From assembly GCF_964204865.1 (NCBI RefSeq), contig NC_135259.1, forward strand, positions 17,670,001 through 17,734,000: DNA of 64,000 bases. The letters run 5' to 3'. Within the stretch, counting starts at the first letter, position 1. Each line of letters begins with the position of its first letter. Shown one piece after another: positions 50,695 to 64,000 of this stretch. Position numbers and translations under genes: made by a program. Source of the DNA: Styela clava (lineage: Eukaryota). The notes beneath the pieces are model-generated. The model saw nothing but the letters and a program-made list of their open reading frames with translations, was not told the DNA's origin and searched no databases.

Positions 50695-53600
50695 TGTAAA
50701 CCTAAATAGAAACTTTGACTAGAAACTTTATCATTACGCATATGACAAGCAATGCAATGCACCCTGGCGTTGTCCAACTTATATTAACAGTAAACATAGA
50801 AAGCACCGCACAGTGGAACAGTTACAATAAGACTACAAGGATTACCATGGGTGGCGCTATAGGGTTTATTACGTCATATCGTAACATCCCCCTTTTCATA
50901 AAAAGTACTAACACATTAATGTTCACGGCCCGTATCTACCAGGAGTACGAATGATTCTAGTTCGTGTTCTGCGTTGTCTGAAATTCGGAGTTACCGGTCG
51001 CTCACTCGATTCCGTTTCATCTGAACGAGGGGTTTCAGAATTGTTCGCTCTATTTGACGTTAGTTGTGGCTCTGCATGCGAAGATGGTTCTTGTTTTATT
51101 TCCTTCTTGTCATCGTATGTTGGTCTTAAAAAACCCATCTATTTCACATGTAGTCTCTTCCATCGATATTAACGCGATATGACAATTGCTCAGTACGAGC
51201 ACTTTTTGCCCTTTGTGAAGCTTCGAAAGTTGTTTTGTGCCACGATCGTAATATTTCTTAGATCTTGCACGTCTCTGCTCAATTTTCGATTTGACATTTT
51301 TCTCAACTTTCGACGCGAGCAGTTTATTCGATATTGGAAGAAAACATCTTGTGCGACGGCACTTTAGCATTTGACTAGAACTGTCCATACCATCTGTTGG
51401 CGTATTTCTCCATTCGAGTGTAGTTTTTTATACATCTGAACAGTCACTTCGTGCCTTTTTAATCAGATTCTTTGCTTTCTTGACGGCTGATTCGGCTTTA
51501 CCGTTCGACTTGCTATGCAGAATTCCCAACTTCTGGCAAATTCTTGAAATTTAGCATTTGCAAATTGTGGACCATTGTCGGAGATCACTGTATCTGGTTT
51601 GCCATGTCTGCTGAAAATCTTCTTACAGCATCTGATTGCCGATCTCGCAGTTGCGTTATTCAGTTCGTCGAGTTCCCAGAAATCAGTAATTAAATATTGC
51701 TTGTTAAATACAGTAAATAAATCCAGGACTATTTTACATCATGGCTGGTTAAGGATTTCACTGCTTATTAACGGTTCTAGTTGATGGTCTCGTCACGCGC
51801 ATGTTCCATACATACACTACACTGACCAATATAGTCTCGGATTTCTTGGCTCATTCGAGGCCAAAATACTATATCTCGGGCCTTTTTCAAGCACGATTTT
51901 AATACCCATTTGACATTCATGAATGCGTTTAAGCATTTCCGGCCTCATTGTCTTAGGAATTACTATTCTATGGCTTTTGTAAAAAACATTGTTTTGGTAG
52001 CAAAGTTCATCTCTATAATTCAAGAAGTCTTTCAGGCAATCATAGACTTCTCTTTTTGTTTCTGGCCAGCCAACTTTTTTTAAGCATTTGCAATTGCTTA
52101 TAATTCTGAATCTGTTTTGGTCGTTCATCTGTGCAATATGCATAATCGGCAAAATTCATCTTGTTTAATTCATTCCTAAAGTTTTTTCTTCGCTAATTTG
52201 AAAAATTTCAAAACTGTCTTTTGCGGGTTGTAGTATATTATCATTTGTGCACAACCTAGAGAATGTATCTGCTATATGCATTTCTCTTCCAGGCTTGTAC
52301 TGGACTTTTAAATTGTACTTTTGCAGTCTAAGCGGCATTTGCTGTAATCGTTTGGGTGCTGCTAACAAGGATTTCCGAAAAATAGCATCAATCGTTTTTT
52401 GTGATCACTTTTCGACCAAAAATATGATGATCAAATCGTTCGCATCCAAACACGATTGCCAACCATTCTTTTTCAATTTGTGCGTAACGTCGCTCTGTTG
52501 TCGTTAACGAACACGGGGCAAAAGTAACAGGCTTACCTTCTTGTAACAGAGTTGCCCCTAATGCGACTTCACTCGCATCATATTGTAAGGTTACCTCTTT
52601 TGAAATATCATAATATTGAAGAACTGGTGCAGTTGTTGCTAACGTTGTGATATTTTCAAACGCATCATCATGTTCTCTCAGCCATTTCCACTTAACATCT
52701 CTGTACGTCAATCTACGAAGAGGCTCACAAAATTCTGATAGGTGTGAAAGAAATTTAGCAAGATAATTAACAGATCCTACAACACATTCTACCTGTTGTA
52801 CATTTATTGGTTTGGGAATTTTTATAACACCTTGAATCTTCCGTGGATCTGGTAGAAGACCTTTATCAGTAATAAATGACCTAGATATGGAACGGATTTT
52901 AGTTTGAACTTGATTTTACTTTTGTTCAATTTCGAATTTCTGATCCTTGCCCTTTTAAAGACTTTTATTACCTTCTGATCATGATCTCTTACCGCTTTTT
53001 CATATGTTTCCACTTCCAGCAACAAGTATATCATCGGCAATACATCGTATATCTTCGAGACCTTCCAGAACTTCATTCAGTCGCCTCAAAAATTCTTCCG
53101 GAGCTATTGAATTTCCAAACGGCATGCGTTTCCATCTGTATTTAGAAAATGGAGTTATAAAAGTAGTTAAATAGCTACTTTGTTTGTAACGCTTGGTTTG
53201 CCAGAATCCATCTTTCGCATCAAAAACAGAAAAAAACTTTTGCATTAGCTAAATCAGGTAAAACATCTTCTATGTTTGGAATAGGATAATGAGAATGTCT
53301 TAAAGCATTATTTAGGTATTTTGTGTCCAAGCATATCCGCAATTTACCAGTTTTTTTTTAACTGCTACCATATCGCTAATCCAGTCGGTAGGTGTGGTAA
53401 GTATATCAATTAGTAAGTTTTTTCATAAGATCATTGCGCATTGCAAAGGCAATTCTACGAGGTTCATGCTTTACTGGTAGAGCTTTGGTATCTATTTCTA
53501 GATGATAATTCTACGAGGTTGATGCTTTACTGGTAGAGCTTTGGTATCTATTTCTAGATGATATTCTCCCCGAAAACAACCTAGACCTTCAAAAACATCA

Positions 53601-54617
53601 GCGTACTTTTCTGAAATATCATCAACAGTTAAATGGTTTTCATGATGTTTGGCTACAATAGATTGTACAGTACCTTGACTTTGAGGTACATTGACCTGCA
53701 AAAGTTCCAACTCTTCAAGTCTGAGCTGAAAGCAACGAATGTGGGCCTCTTTCCACGACAATGAAAGACAAATTGTAATTCTTACCGTTGTGTTGGCATG
53801 GAAAGTTATATTGACCAAGCGGCTTCAGCAAGCTACCATCATAAAACTTCAGCGTTGCACTACTTTCTTGTAAAGCTAAAGTTTTTGTGCCTGGAACCTT
53901 ACAACAATCATTGAAGCTTATCACATTACTGGTTTAGCCGCTATTGAGCATACATTTCAACAAAACTGGTTTTGACCACCTTTCGCATTTAATTTCAAAT
54001 TAACAAACCAGCGAACACCTTTAGACTGAATACTTCCAACAGTCTCAAAATAATAATTTGAGTCGCTTGATTTATTTGCATAATATAGGAGAGTAGAGGT
54101 TTCGATTAGTTTGTTTACAAACAGCAGCAAAGTGATTTTTTTTATGGCAAGCGTTACACAACACACCATATGCAGGGCAGAATCGAGCCCCCTTTCTGTG
54201 ACTTCTGCCACAATATTTGCACGTTATATTTGCTGAAAGATTAATTGGCTGCCGCATTTTTGTCTATTTCCACAGCCAAGGGTGCGGGAATCCTATTTGT
54301 GACAATTGAACAGGAAATATAAACGTACCTTGTCGAAGTAAGACTTACTAATACACTTCATTCCATATGTGTCACAGCTTCTTCATCGAGTCCAGCGCTT
54401 ATTGTTGATCCGTCACCGCTTCTGACACCATGTTTCGTTTTCTATCTAGCTTTACGGGTTCTCAACACATGACTCGACATCACCAACTTATATCAACAGT
54501 AAACATAGAAAGCACGCACAGTAGGACAGTTACAATAAGACTACCACGTTTTACAAGGATAACCAAGGACATGAAACATGGGTGGCGCTATAGGGTATAT
54601 TACGTCATATCGCAACA
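50695..54617 (-). mobile_element. Degenerate Ty3/Gypsy LTR retrotransposon (Mag/K02A2.6-like)
   Basis: 5' LTR 54431-54617 is followed by PBS TGGTGTCAGAAGCGG (tRNA-Leu-like). PPT GAAAAGGGGGA precedes the 3' LTR (about 50695-50886). Broken remnants: knuckle CKYCGRSH..CPAYGVLCNACHKKNHFAAVC, RT FDAKDGFWQ/RMPFG/IADDILV, RNase H DASEVALGA..YAQIEKE, integrase ISDNGPQF. Most of gag is deleted. Confidence 0.92.
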
Positions 54618-57600
54618 ACTGGGGTTCGTCAAAAGTCCCCTGAAACATTTCTATTACCCAGCCTACTAATTGAGAAAATAAATCAAAATTACGATACTTC
54701 ATCGAAGATATAAAATCCTGAGATTAATTAGCTTAAATAGCTTAGCTGGTTGTAGCTTTACTGGACATGTCAATGACTTTTATGTCTTGATCGCTCGCGG
54801 GAAGCGGGTCAAAACGGGGGTTTTGTTGGGCGTTTGCGAGGTTGCGGGTCAATCAGGTCACGCCGCGTGTTTTTGAGTTTTAGATGTCGTTTAACGGCGT
54901 TTCCGGGACGGGTGAGCGATGGTCCGAGCACTGGAAATGTTTCAGGTAAATTTGGCGGTGGGGACAGCGACCCCCCAAACTGTGATGATAAAACGCGTGC
55001 CAGATTTCACCAGGGTTGTTTGAGACACACCACAAACGTTAGGATAGAATAAATCGCTAGTATATAAACGAAAAGCAATACAGTGCTACAGAAAACCTCG
55101 CAAGTGGGTAGTTTCGATGTATGTGAGCGCGGATTAAAAATTCTTCTGGCGCGACGACGCGCCCCGCGTAATAACAACCCCGACGACATCTAATATTTAA
55201 AACCACTTTAATAAACCACTCTACTTTTCCCTCGCGGGTAACGTAGCGACCCCCTCTGGATTTCTTTGCACTTCCTTAATAACAAATATCGTCACAGATG
55301 TTGCACGCTTTAGAAGTTTTAGATGCTTCCTGCTTTGAGCACAAAATATCTTAGGTTGTTATGTTTTAGATTTTTGCGTGCGCAACACCTTATTCTAATA
55401 ATTTAATAAAGTTTCCTATATCATTATATCAAGATTTGATGTAAACACAAGCTTCCGCGGGCAATCAGCAGTTTTTTTAAGCGTAACGGTATCTTGAAGA
55501 TGTGATACGTAGTCTACATGTTTTGGTACGAAAATGCGCGTTTTGTAACATTCCTACTGGATAAGCTTGGAAAGTCGCCGTACCATTGTCGTTAACCTGA
55601 TAGGTCTACAAGTACTGGTAACTAACCGCGCAAGATTTCCCGGGAATTGATATTAAAATATTTCGATTATCTCGCCGTGTCTATATATTTCCGCATAGCT
55701 CTCTTGTTATCGGTTAGCCTATATTTCAACCGAAATTAAAAACCAATACCTTCGAGTTCTTTGTTATTTCACCAGACATCGTATATGAACGGTTTATAGC
55801 GTTACCAGTCCTTCTCTTTATAAAGCGCTCTTGCCCGCTACTGACAACCTGCATATTTTCGCCCGTTTTACGTGTTACGTCCACAATGCATTTGCATTGA
55901 GATTGTCAGCAAAGAAGGAAGCGTTCGGACTTAGAAGGGGTTGTCGACACCTGATGTATGTGTTGGTTGATCGGCATAATCTTGACTTTTGAGGCTAAAT
56001 AATTTAATGACTAGGTTAGGCAATTCCGGATAGCGGCTAGCGCTGACCAGGATGTATTTGTCCCGAGTTTTGCGATAATTCAATGGTGGCGATGATTAGA
56101 GCCTTTCAGCTCTGAAGGTAGACGACGCAAATTTTCTCGTGATTTTGCACGCAAATAATACGTGGTTATTGCATATTGTAAGAAATGTTCCCTCATTTCA
56201 ATTATGGGCACTAGGTTATGTTCCAGAAAAGTGTTTCATAATATCCATTTTTGACAATCATGCCAGCCTTGCGATAATCGTTTAATTTTATAAGAGTAGT
56301 ACATTCATATCCGGTTAAATGAAGTGATTAATATCCAAAAATTTGATACTAATAATTAACTCCATGTATTATTCCCATGGTTTATACATGACGAGTTCCA
56401 AATATATATTCTATTGAGCCAACTTGGCTGTATATTCTGACCAATAATCTGGCATCTGTAAATTCTCCCACACGCCGCTCTGTTCTTTTCGTGGTTTTAG
56501 TGAGCGCACCTCTGTTTTTTAAGCTTCGGAATTTGTCAATTTGTAAGTCATATATTTATGTTTGTTTTTATTTATTTAGCTAATATTTGGAGGAATGATC
56601 ATAAATTAGATTAAATTGTGTGTCATAACTGGAATTACTGCGATAATGCAATAAAGTCATAGCAACAAATGTTGGATGAACGCTTTGGGATCGGGCTTTT
56701 TAAGTATTTCTGGTGTTACTCGCACATTGGATCACACGATATCACTCCAAATCATAATTAGGTGATAGCACGGCTTATTACCTACACATATAATTAAAGG
56801 TTGAAACATTGCACGAAGCTCTAAAAATGGATATAGTGTCAAATAAAATACTATCATAGAGCGTTTCTTGTGCCATTGTTTCCCGCCAAAAAAGCGGTTT
56901 TGTCGGTGGTGAGAACCACTGATGTAATGGTACCGAGAAAATTTGCTACTTATTTGTCAGTCAGCGTAACCACTCAGTAGCTAGGAAAACTAATGTCACT
57001 CTATTTTAGTTGTTAAATCGAGCGTTCGAGATTAGTGTAATTGCCATCCAAACATCGACGTTCTAATTCAAAGGTTGAAATTGCAGCCCGAGAACTAATT
57101 TTTGTGGCCTTCGAATGTCCCGACTTTTAATGCATAAAACAAATTTGTTATAAATTTATTATTGTCTCGACATTGACATATTTTTCACTGGTAACAAGTG
57201 CTGCTGTAAAGCGCTTTTGTAGTTAGTAGCGTTAGCGGCATGTTGTTTACTTGATGTTGGCTGCGCTCATTAGTGGAGTTTATTTTGCATTTCAAAATTA
57301 TGAAAACGTTCGGGCACGAACGGAAATTTGTTACGAGGGCCGTGTTTGGACGGAAATTTTTTCTCTTGCTGCGCCACTGCTCATCTATGCCATAGTGAAA
57401 ACGTGCAATGTGCACGTCGGAAACGCCTATTAATGTGAGCTGCTCTGTCTAAAATGCATTGCACTGAGAAATAATTGCGTACTCGCTTGTCATATTGTCA
57501 TTTGGACGACGTACTGCGGGGCAACCTAGTTGCCAATTGATTTCAACGCTTTGGCCATGGCAAAGAAACGAAACTTCATTTCAAATATTGGTTAAAAGTA

Positions 57601-59301
57601 AATAAAAACAGTGTATTGTTTGATAGAGTACATATATTAAAAAAGAATAGAAGGTGCGAGTGCACCATAATTTGAAGTTTATTGTTGCAATTGTCGCATG
57701 TGGAAAAATTTTTGACCCGCACTTGGTAAATGTATATATTGATCAGATTTTATTGCTACTGTTGTCAACTAACTACTAGTGCAAAATGTGAATATGTATA
57801 CTTGAAAAGGAACTAGCAAATGTAATCTTAAGAATGTATCATTCGTTTGAATAAAAAATATTTTATTTTTCCATTTTTAAAGTAGCAAACAATGAAAATT
57901 GGAAAAATTTGAGAAACTGTTAAAATGTTTGATATATAGCTTCTTTGCAAATGGTTAAAATCGTTACTACCATTCTGCTGTGACACATTTTACGCTCTTT
58001 TACTTCATCGTTCGTCTTTTTCCAATACAAATAAAATTTGCCTGAGTTTTATAAAAAGATTACGAAAATATCTAACGATCTGTATACTTCGGAAAACTAT
58101 TTCAAATAAGTTGTCAACTAATCGTTGCTAGAATTATTTTTAGCATTTCATGTTGTTACGAGCAAGTAGCAAAATTGATATCATAAAATTGAATTCTGAA
58201 ATCAACTACAAGATTCTAATTCAGATAATTTTACATTTTTACTATGAGATTCTTTTTTCTGTACCACTGTCGAGCAGCATTCTCTGTAAAATATAACCTC
58301 AAACCTTGATGGTGACATAGTTAGCCCAATTGCATTGATTGCAAATCAAAATTGGAAGCAATTGGCTCACACCACATAATGTCACAATTACATTTATTTT
58401 CAGCTTTCTGAAAACACTACTTGAAAGTCGGCGGGGCAATTTATCATTGCATTGAAAAATGCGACAATGCCAATGGCCTGGCATTGCATCACTAAGTGAG
58501 CTTGAAGCCTATCCAAAGAGTCAAGTAAGTAATGAAATCTTTTGAATCTGTGAATATGGATTTAACGTATCATATAAAATTGATATATTCAATTAAACTC
58601 TGCGACTCAGAAACATTAGAGATTTTTGAATGATGCAGTTTTGACATATAATTCAGATGTATGTTATTTCGAAATGTCGCGTTATGTAGTAGTTAGTGCA
58701 TAAGAAAACGTTAAATCTGAATATAATCAGTTACAAATTAACGCCCGACCATTAACTAGACATGAAAGCACTGAAGGTACGTTTTTTTCGAGATCTATTT
58801 AAGAAACCTGTAATGAGTAATTAAAACGCAAGTCTTCATTGACATTGTATGCTGTAAAAGATTTCAGGTGCTGATGCATATATTTGAGTTAGCTTACACT
58901 CTTAATAGAATGTAGAAAAAATAGTTTTAAACTTTGAAGAAGCGCATAATATAAAATAGCATCGACAAAAGTTGTTACCTTGAGACTGTTAGAAGTATTC
59001 TCTTTTATAATTTAAATATTCTCTGTTCTAATTTTTTACCTTTGTCAATAAAAGGAAGCATGGTACTTCGAGCAAATAATATGAATAATTTTTTTTTTCA
59101 AATATTGGAGCATCGTAAAATAAAAAATTTGAAAATATATTTATCGACATTTTAGGAGCAGCGTACAAAAAATTGGGATTGAATAATTTGACAATATCTG
59201 ACAAGTTGTGTAGAATAGCTTTTTTCGCAAACCTATGTGGTGCGTACAGGAGAGCTGAAGCTTTCGCATTAATGGCAAAAAAAATTTTCATAGTGTGATT
59301 A

Positions 59302-59547
59302 TTATACAAGCCCACCGATTCCGCTTCTTCCGGAAAAACGCTCGGCGGTGTCTTTGAAACCAGATGTTGGAATACTACGCAGTGCATTTCTTTGAACGAG
59401 ATTGGTCATGTGACTACCAATGACATCGATGAATTGTGACCATAGTGCGTGATTATCTAGTGCTAGTTCGACAGGTCTTTGTTCTCTTCGTAATGAACTT
59501 TTTGGAGTCATTCGAAAAGTTCTGATATTTTGTTTAGTAATGGCCAT
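59302..59547 (-). CDS. Candidate small ORF (81 aa) of unknown function
   Basis: Strong start context AAAAAATAATGG, double TAA TAA stop, higher GC than its flanks and not within a recognised repeat. Confidence 0.3.
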   Translation of the reverse strand: MAITKQNIRTFRMTPKSSLRREQRPVELALDNHALWSQFIDVIGSHMTNLVQRNALRSIPTSGFKDTAERFSGRSGIGGLV

Positions 59548-61350
59548 TATTTTTTGAATTAGAAGTAACTTTCAGCAGCATCTCACAGATTTGCAAAATC
59601 CCAAAACACGTATGTCGTGTTAACAGCTATTTTATTTTATCAGCAAATGCACATGGCGTTTCCCGAAATTTAACGATCATTGATATTCGAGTGGGGGTGG
59701 ATAAAATCAATTTTTTTTTTTTAATTGGATATTTTTAATGTATACCGGATAACAAATATTTTTTATACACAACAGGAGTCTAAAACGTAGATCGAAACAT
59801 TAAAAATCGGCAATAAAGCCTTTTTTTTGGTCAATTTCGTTGTGATCGCTAATTGTTTTTGTCATCTCAATCGTTTCGGCGGCAATATGCTGTATTTGGC
59901 AATCTATATTCCCACACTTTTTTTTTTTGCAAGTATGAATTCTTGTCGATCGACGGAGAGCAAAGTTCTATTTTTGGCGTTTACCCGTGCACTCACATCG
60001 GCGACAGCTGTAATTTTATACCCAAATTAACATTTGCGTTGACTTGATATCACCTATCAACGTTTATAAATTTACTGCACCAATTTCAAGCGAATAGTAA
60101 TATTATTATCAATACCGGGATGCAGATATTTAATAGAGATGATAATCAACTTTATTATGCTTTTCTATGGTGCCTGTAATATTTCATAGATAAATCTTGC
60201 AAATCTGCGATTGTGTCAATCCTGAATGTTGATTTTAAATAGTGATTAAATATTTCGGCATAACGGCATTTCTGCGTGGTCATAAGGCAAGATGACCTTA
60301 ATAAACAGCAACAGCGTCAAGCGTGGCTGAGTAAAAAGTTCACATTTTCGAAACATTACTTGGTCAAGAAAGGGAGGGATCACTAAGGAGCTAATTAAAA
60401 GTACATTGGAAGGATATGACTTGTCATTTTTTTTTCTGGATATAGCTTATACGTGTTAAATACCACGTATGATCTGTCGGAAGCGCTAATCCAACTTTTA
60501 ATTTTCGATAATCAATTTTTTTAATACGCTGGTCATGCATGAAACTGCTAGTAAAATGCTGCCACTCGTACGTAGTTTAAAATCTGGGATATTTATCGTT
60601 ATGTTTAGTCGTCACCCCTGTTTTGTTTTATTTTTAAATTTGTTTGTTCTACCTTGAAGTTTTGTTTCTACTTGACTTTTTGTTCTGTATGGCATCACTT
60701 TGGCGCAATTTATTTACGACTGAATTTAAATTGTGTTTTAGAATAACTTATTTTCTGTTTGTTGGTTTTCAAACTTCACAAACCCGGGACGCAATTACTA
60801 TTAAAAATACGAGCAATGAAGCACGGAAAAAGAATTTGATTTTATTGCAATTGGAACAAACAAATAAGAGTTTTACATGTCATGCATGACAAACCGGTGC
60901 TACATGTGAGACTTGTGCACATGAAGGAATATATATCGCGACAGGGTGTCTGATATCTGATAATGCGTACTTCTCTTCAACATTAATTTCCAGGATTTCG
61001 GGTTGATGCGGTCGATTAAAAATTATTTATAAAATGGATTGTTATTTCGCGACACACCTTCTACGACAATCATTACTTTATTTTCAAATTCACGTATAAT
61101 TTTTTTTAAATCATCAAAGAATTTCGTGTACCATCGCAAAAAAATAACCTTCGGTGTTATCATTCATATTGGCGTAATTGTAATATATGAAAACGTCGCT
61201 AATCGTTGGTAGTAACTAATATCAATTCCTGTATGTATCAATCGTTGTCTTGTTAGGTGGAAGGAGTGAAACAAATGTGCACGGCTATGCCGTTTACGCC
61301 AAGGAGTACGCTTCGCAACTGCTACCGGTGAATTCGCTATGTGTTTGAAC

Positions 61351-61891
61351 CAGTGGTTCTAACCTTTTTTGCATTATTTACCCCTTTACCAAACAAAATT
61401 TTTTGATTTACCCCTTATTTCACCATTGGTGATCATTTACAGTTACAGACAGTGTTGGATGGGAAAGTGACGTGAGGAGGTAATAATTGAAGTGGGAAGG
61501 AGAGAGTGTTGGAATCGGAGAGTGGATTGGGGGTAGAATAGAGGGGGAATTTTAAATATTTGGATCTTGAAAGCTACCCTTCTTTTATTTTCAAAAAATT
61601 TCCTACGCTGCTTTTGCGACAATCCGCAGTCGGCCTCGATAACAGTTGCCAGAACCACCTTCGGCAAGAGTCGCGATATTGTGATGCAATAATAGGCTAA
61701 TACACATCGGTCATGGGCTAATGCATATTTCTCGCAAGTTATCCTCTCAATAACACAATGTTTCTCGTACCAAAACAAGCAAATAGGTGCGGTGTTTGTT
61801 TTCCAAATTTTTTTTTTTACAATAACCAGATTTTCCCTTAAGAATGACAAAATTTACCCCCTGTATATTCACTCCAGGTTAAGAACTGCTG
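61351..61891. mobile_element. hAT MITE with a probable nested retroposon fragment (about 61440-61780)
   Basis: CAGTGGTTCTAACC...GGTTAAGAACTGCTG termini with a perfect TSD GTTTGAAC on both sides. Confidence 0.82.
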
Positions 61892-63269
61892 GTTTGAACG
61901 AAACTCGGATAACAGAAAGGCTCCGCTTTAATTTGCAATATTACCTGAAAGAGCGCTTTTGCGTGTATCCATGCTGTTTGGATTGAAACCCTCTTCCAGC
62001 TATTGACCCAATTTATTTGACATGGTCTTTTTAAAGTTATTTTTTTTTGTCAACCACTAAATCCTAAAGCTTCTCCTATGGATTTTTAGAAGCGTGTGCT
62101 AGAGTTCTATTCAGCAATATATCTTTAAAACACACTCCGAAAAAAAATTCTCAAATTTCTAAAAAAAAAATTGGATCTTGAGAAATTCTGTGTACAGTAG
62201 AGGGTTAATGATTAATTCCTAATTAATTAATTTTTTTTTCAACGTTTTCATCTAGTTTTTCCTAACACAACATTACCGAAACGCCTATTATAGCATAAAT
62301 GGTTATTACTCTGAAATTCACAATTGTATTTACAGGTGTATCAAGTTCAAGGCTAAAATTACTAATTTTGATGACGTCACAGCTCTCATTATTACTGCAC
62401 AGACCACCCCCAACGCAAAAAAATTAAATTTTTTCGACGGAAATGCGCGTAGAACGGCGTAAACAATCCCATACGCGCATTTACGCGTTAAAATTACCAT
62501 TAATTTTACGATTTTTTTTCAACTACAAAAAATCTCCATACTTCTGCCAACTATGGAGCAGTCGAAATCATATTTATTAAAACAACACAGCGCCAGGGAT
62601 AGTATATATGACTGAAAATACATGCTAAACCAACAATAAGTCATTACAAAGGAGTATTTCCTGTCTGAGCTGAGTCACATTTTTCAGACATCTGACAGGT
62701 GATTTTGAAATCCACGCTATTTATAGAATTCGCACTTTGCGTCACGGCTGGAAGGTTCTATCGCTTCTCTCATATCAGGCGATAACGTCAACAAAGAGCT
62801 AAGAGCGATGTTAACAGTAGTTTACCTAGCACAAAATTAAGCGTGAATATTCTCTCATATGAGCTTAGCTGCTGTAAAAGGGTTTTAACATAAAAGCTAA
62901 GGCGCCTAACGTGGTACAATCGGTCAAAGCACTTCTTTCAACTGTGAAGCACTTTCGCACTTATAATTCCCGTAAGTAAACACTGGTATGCATCGTTTTC
63001 TTTTGTATTACATTATCATAATAAATGCGAAATAAAAATGAGTTCAAATGGGTTCGACTCCCATAAGTACCGATTGTGTCATCGTATAAAATCTCATGTA
63101 ATAAGTCCATTGTTAGGGCTCTGGAAATTATCGAATACCTGATGATTTAGAATCGAATCAAATAATTTTTTCGAATTACTTGGGAGACATATAATTGTAT
63201 GCAACTTATTTATTGTAATTGGTTCTGACAACAAATGGATTACAAAAACATAAAATACATCACTTAGAC

Positions 63270-63484
63270 CAAAGCTGCGCAAACCGCGGGCCGCATGCGG
63301 CCCGCTGGACTGTTTTTTGCGGCCCGCTCTATAAGTTCGTAAGCAGACTCATGTTTTTACGATGTTGTATTTCGGTATATAGGCTCAAGTATGTTTCGTG
63401 ATTTTGGTGTGAGCATTCCTGCCATCTATCTACATTCAAATGGCGGTTCATATTATTACGTATGTGTCAAGGTTTGCACCCCGG
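63270..63484. mobile_element. Degenerate hAT-Charlie MITE
   Basis: GCAAACCGCGGGCCGCATGCGGCCCG subterminal motif and an AGGTTTGCACCCC end. Confidence 0.55.
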
Positions 63485-64000
63485 TGGACATCGACGTCAG
63501 TTTTTTTTTTATTTCTCGCAGAACTGTGCGTTCTGTTCAAGGAACTCGAAGGATATTGTGCGATTATTGAACACAAACGCTGAGCGCAAGTATAGGAATG
63601 AATTTCCTAAACTTGCAAATTAATTTCATTCTGATTGTTTTCTTGCGTGTCTGCTTTGATCGTGTTTATCGCCAACGTAAAATAGAAAGTCAGCATTATC
63701 TTTGGTACTGGTCCCGGGACTCGTTGTCCTTTTATGTTCGTATTTTTTTTTATCTAATGCTTGCGCTAAATAGGATTTCGGAAATGTCGTCCCTGCGTGT
63801 CCGTCAATAATGCTGATGAAACTGAGGTAATTGCATTGCTGCATATTGGTCACAAATCAGTATATATACGCTATTCGTCCAGAAATCTTTGTAATGTTAC
63901 TTCAGTATTGGTGTTTCAAAACGACCCACTCCCGTACATTATGCTCATTTGAACATTGAGGCAGTTTCACAGCTACTGAAAATGAATGAATAAAAACACT

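Noticed and set aside
53451-53563. Tandem repeat of about 56 bp as a CRISPR-like or functional array
   Set aside because: It is a two-copy local duplication within the decayed Gypsy pol region, with no spacers, in a eukaryotic context.

Overview
AT-rich eukaryotic DNA with GT-AG introns and many transposons. The repeat families and gene structure suggest an invertebrate deuterostome such as an ascidian (inference only). Positions 1 to about 13300 are a PIF/Harbinger transposon: a transposase plus a convergent, spliced MADF-BESS gene. A full-length BEL/Pao LTR retrotransposon (1378-9469, TSD TCACC) is inserted into that gene, and a second non-coding LTR-like element lies further right. Positions 13.9-26.5 kb are an inverted duplication carrying two head-to-head six-exon genes. 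Both encode a secreted protein that joins a 12-Cys IGFBP-type N-terminal domain directly to a fibrinogen C-terminal (FReD) domain. One copy is intact (365 aa). The other has a single in-frame TGA made by a 3-nt insertion, and the two copies differ most in loops of the IGFBP domain. The rest is mostly non-coding, with EnSpm/CMC, piggyBac, hAT-Charlie/SPIN, Merlin-like and Tc1/pogo remnants, a tRNA-derived SINE and a decayed Gypsy element. All alignments and translations were done by eye.
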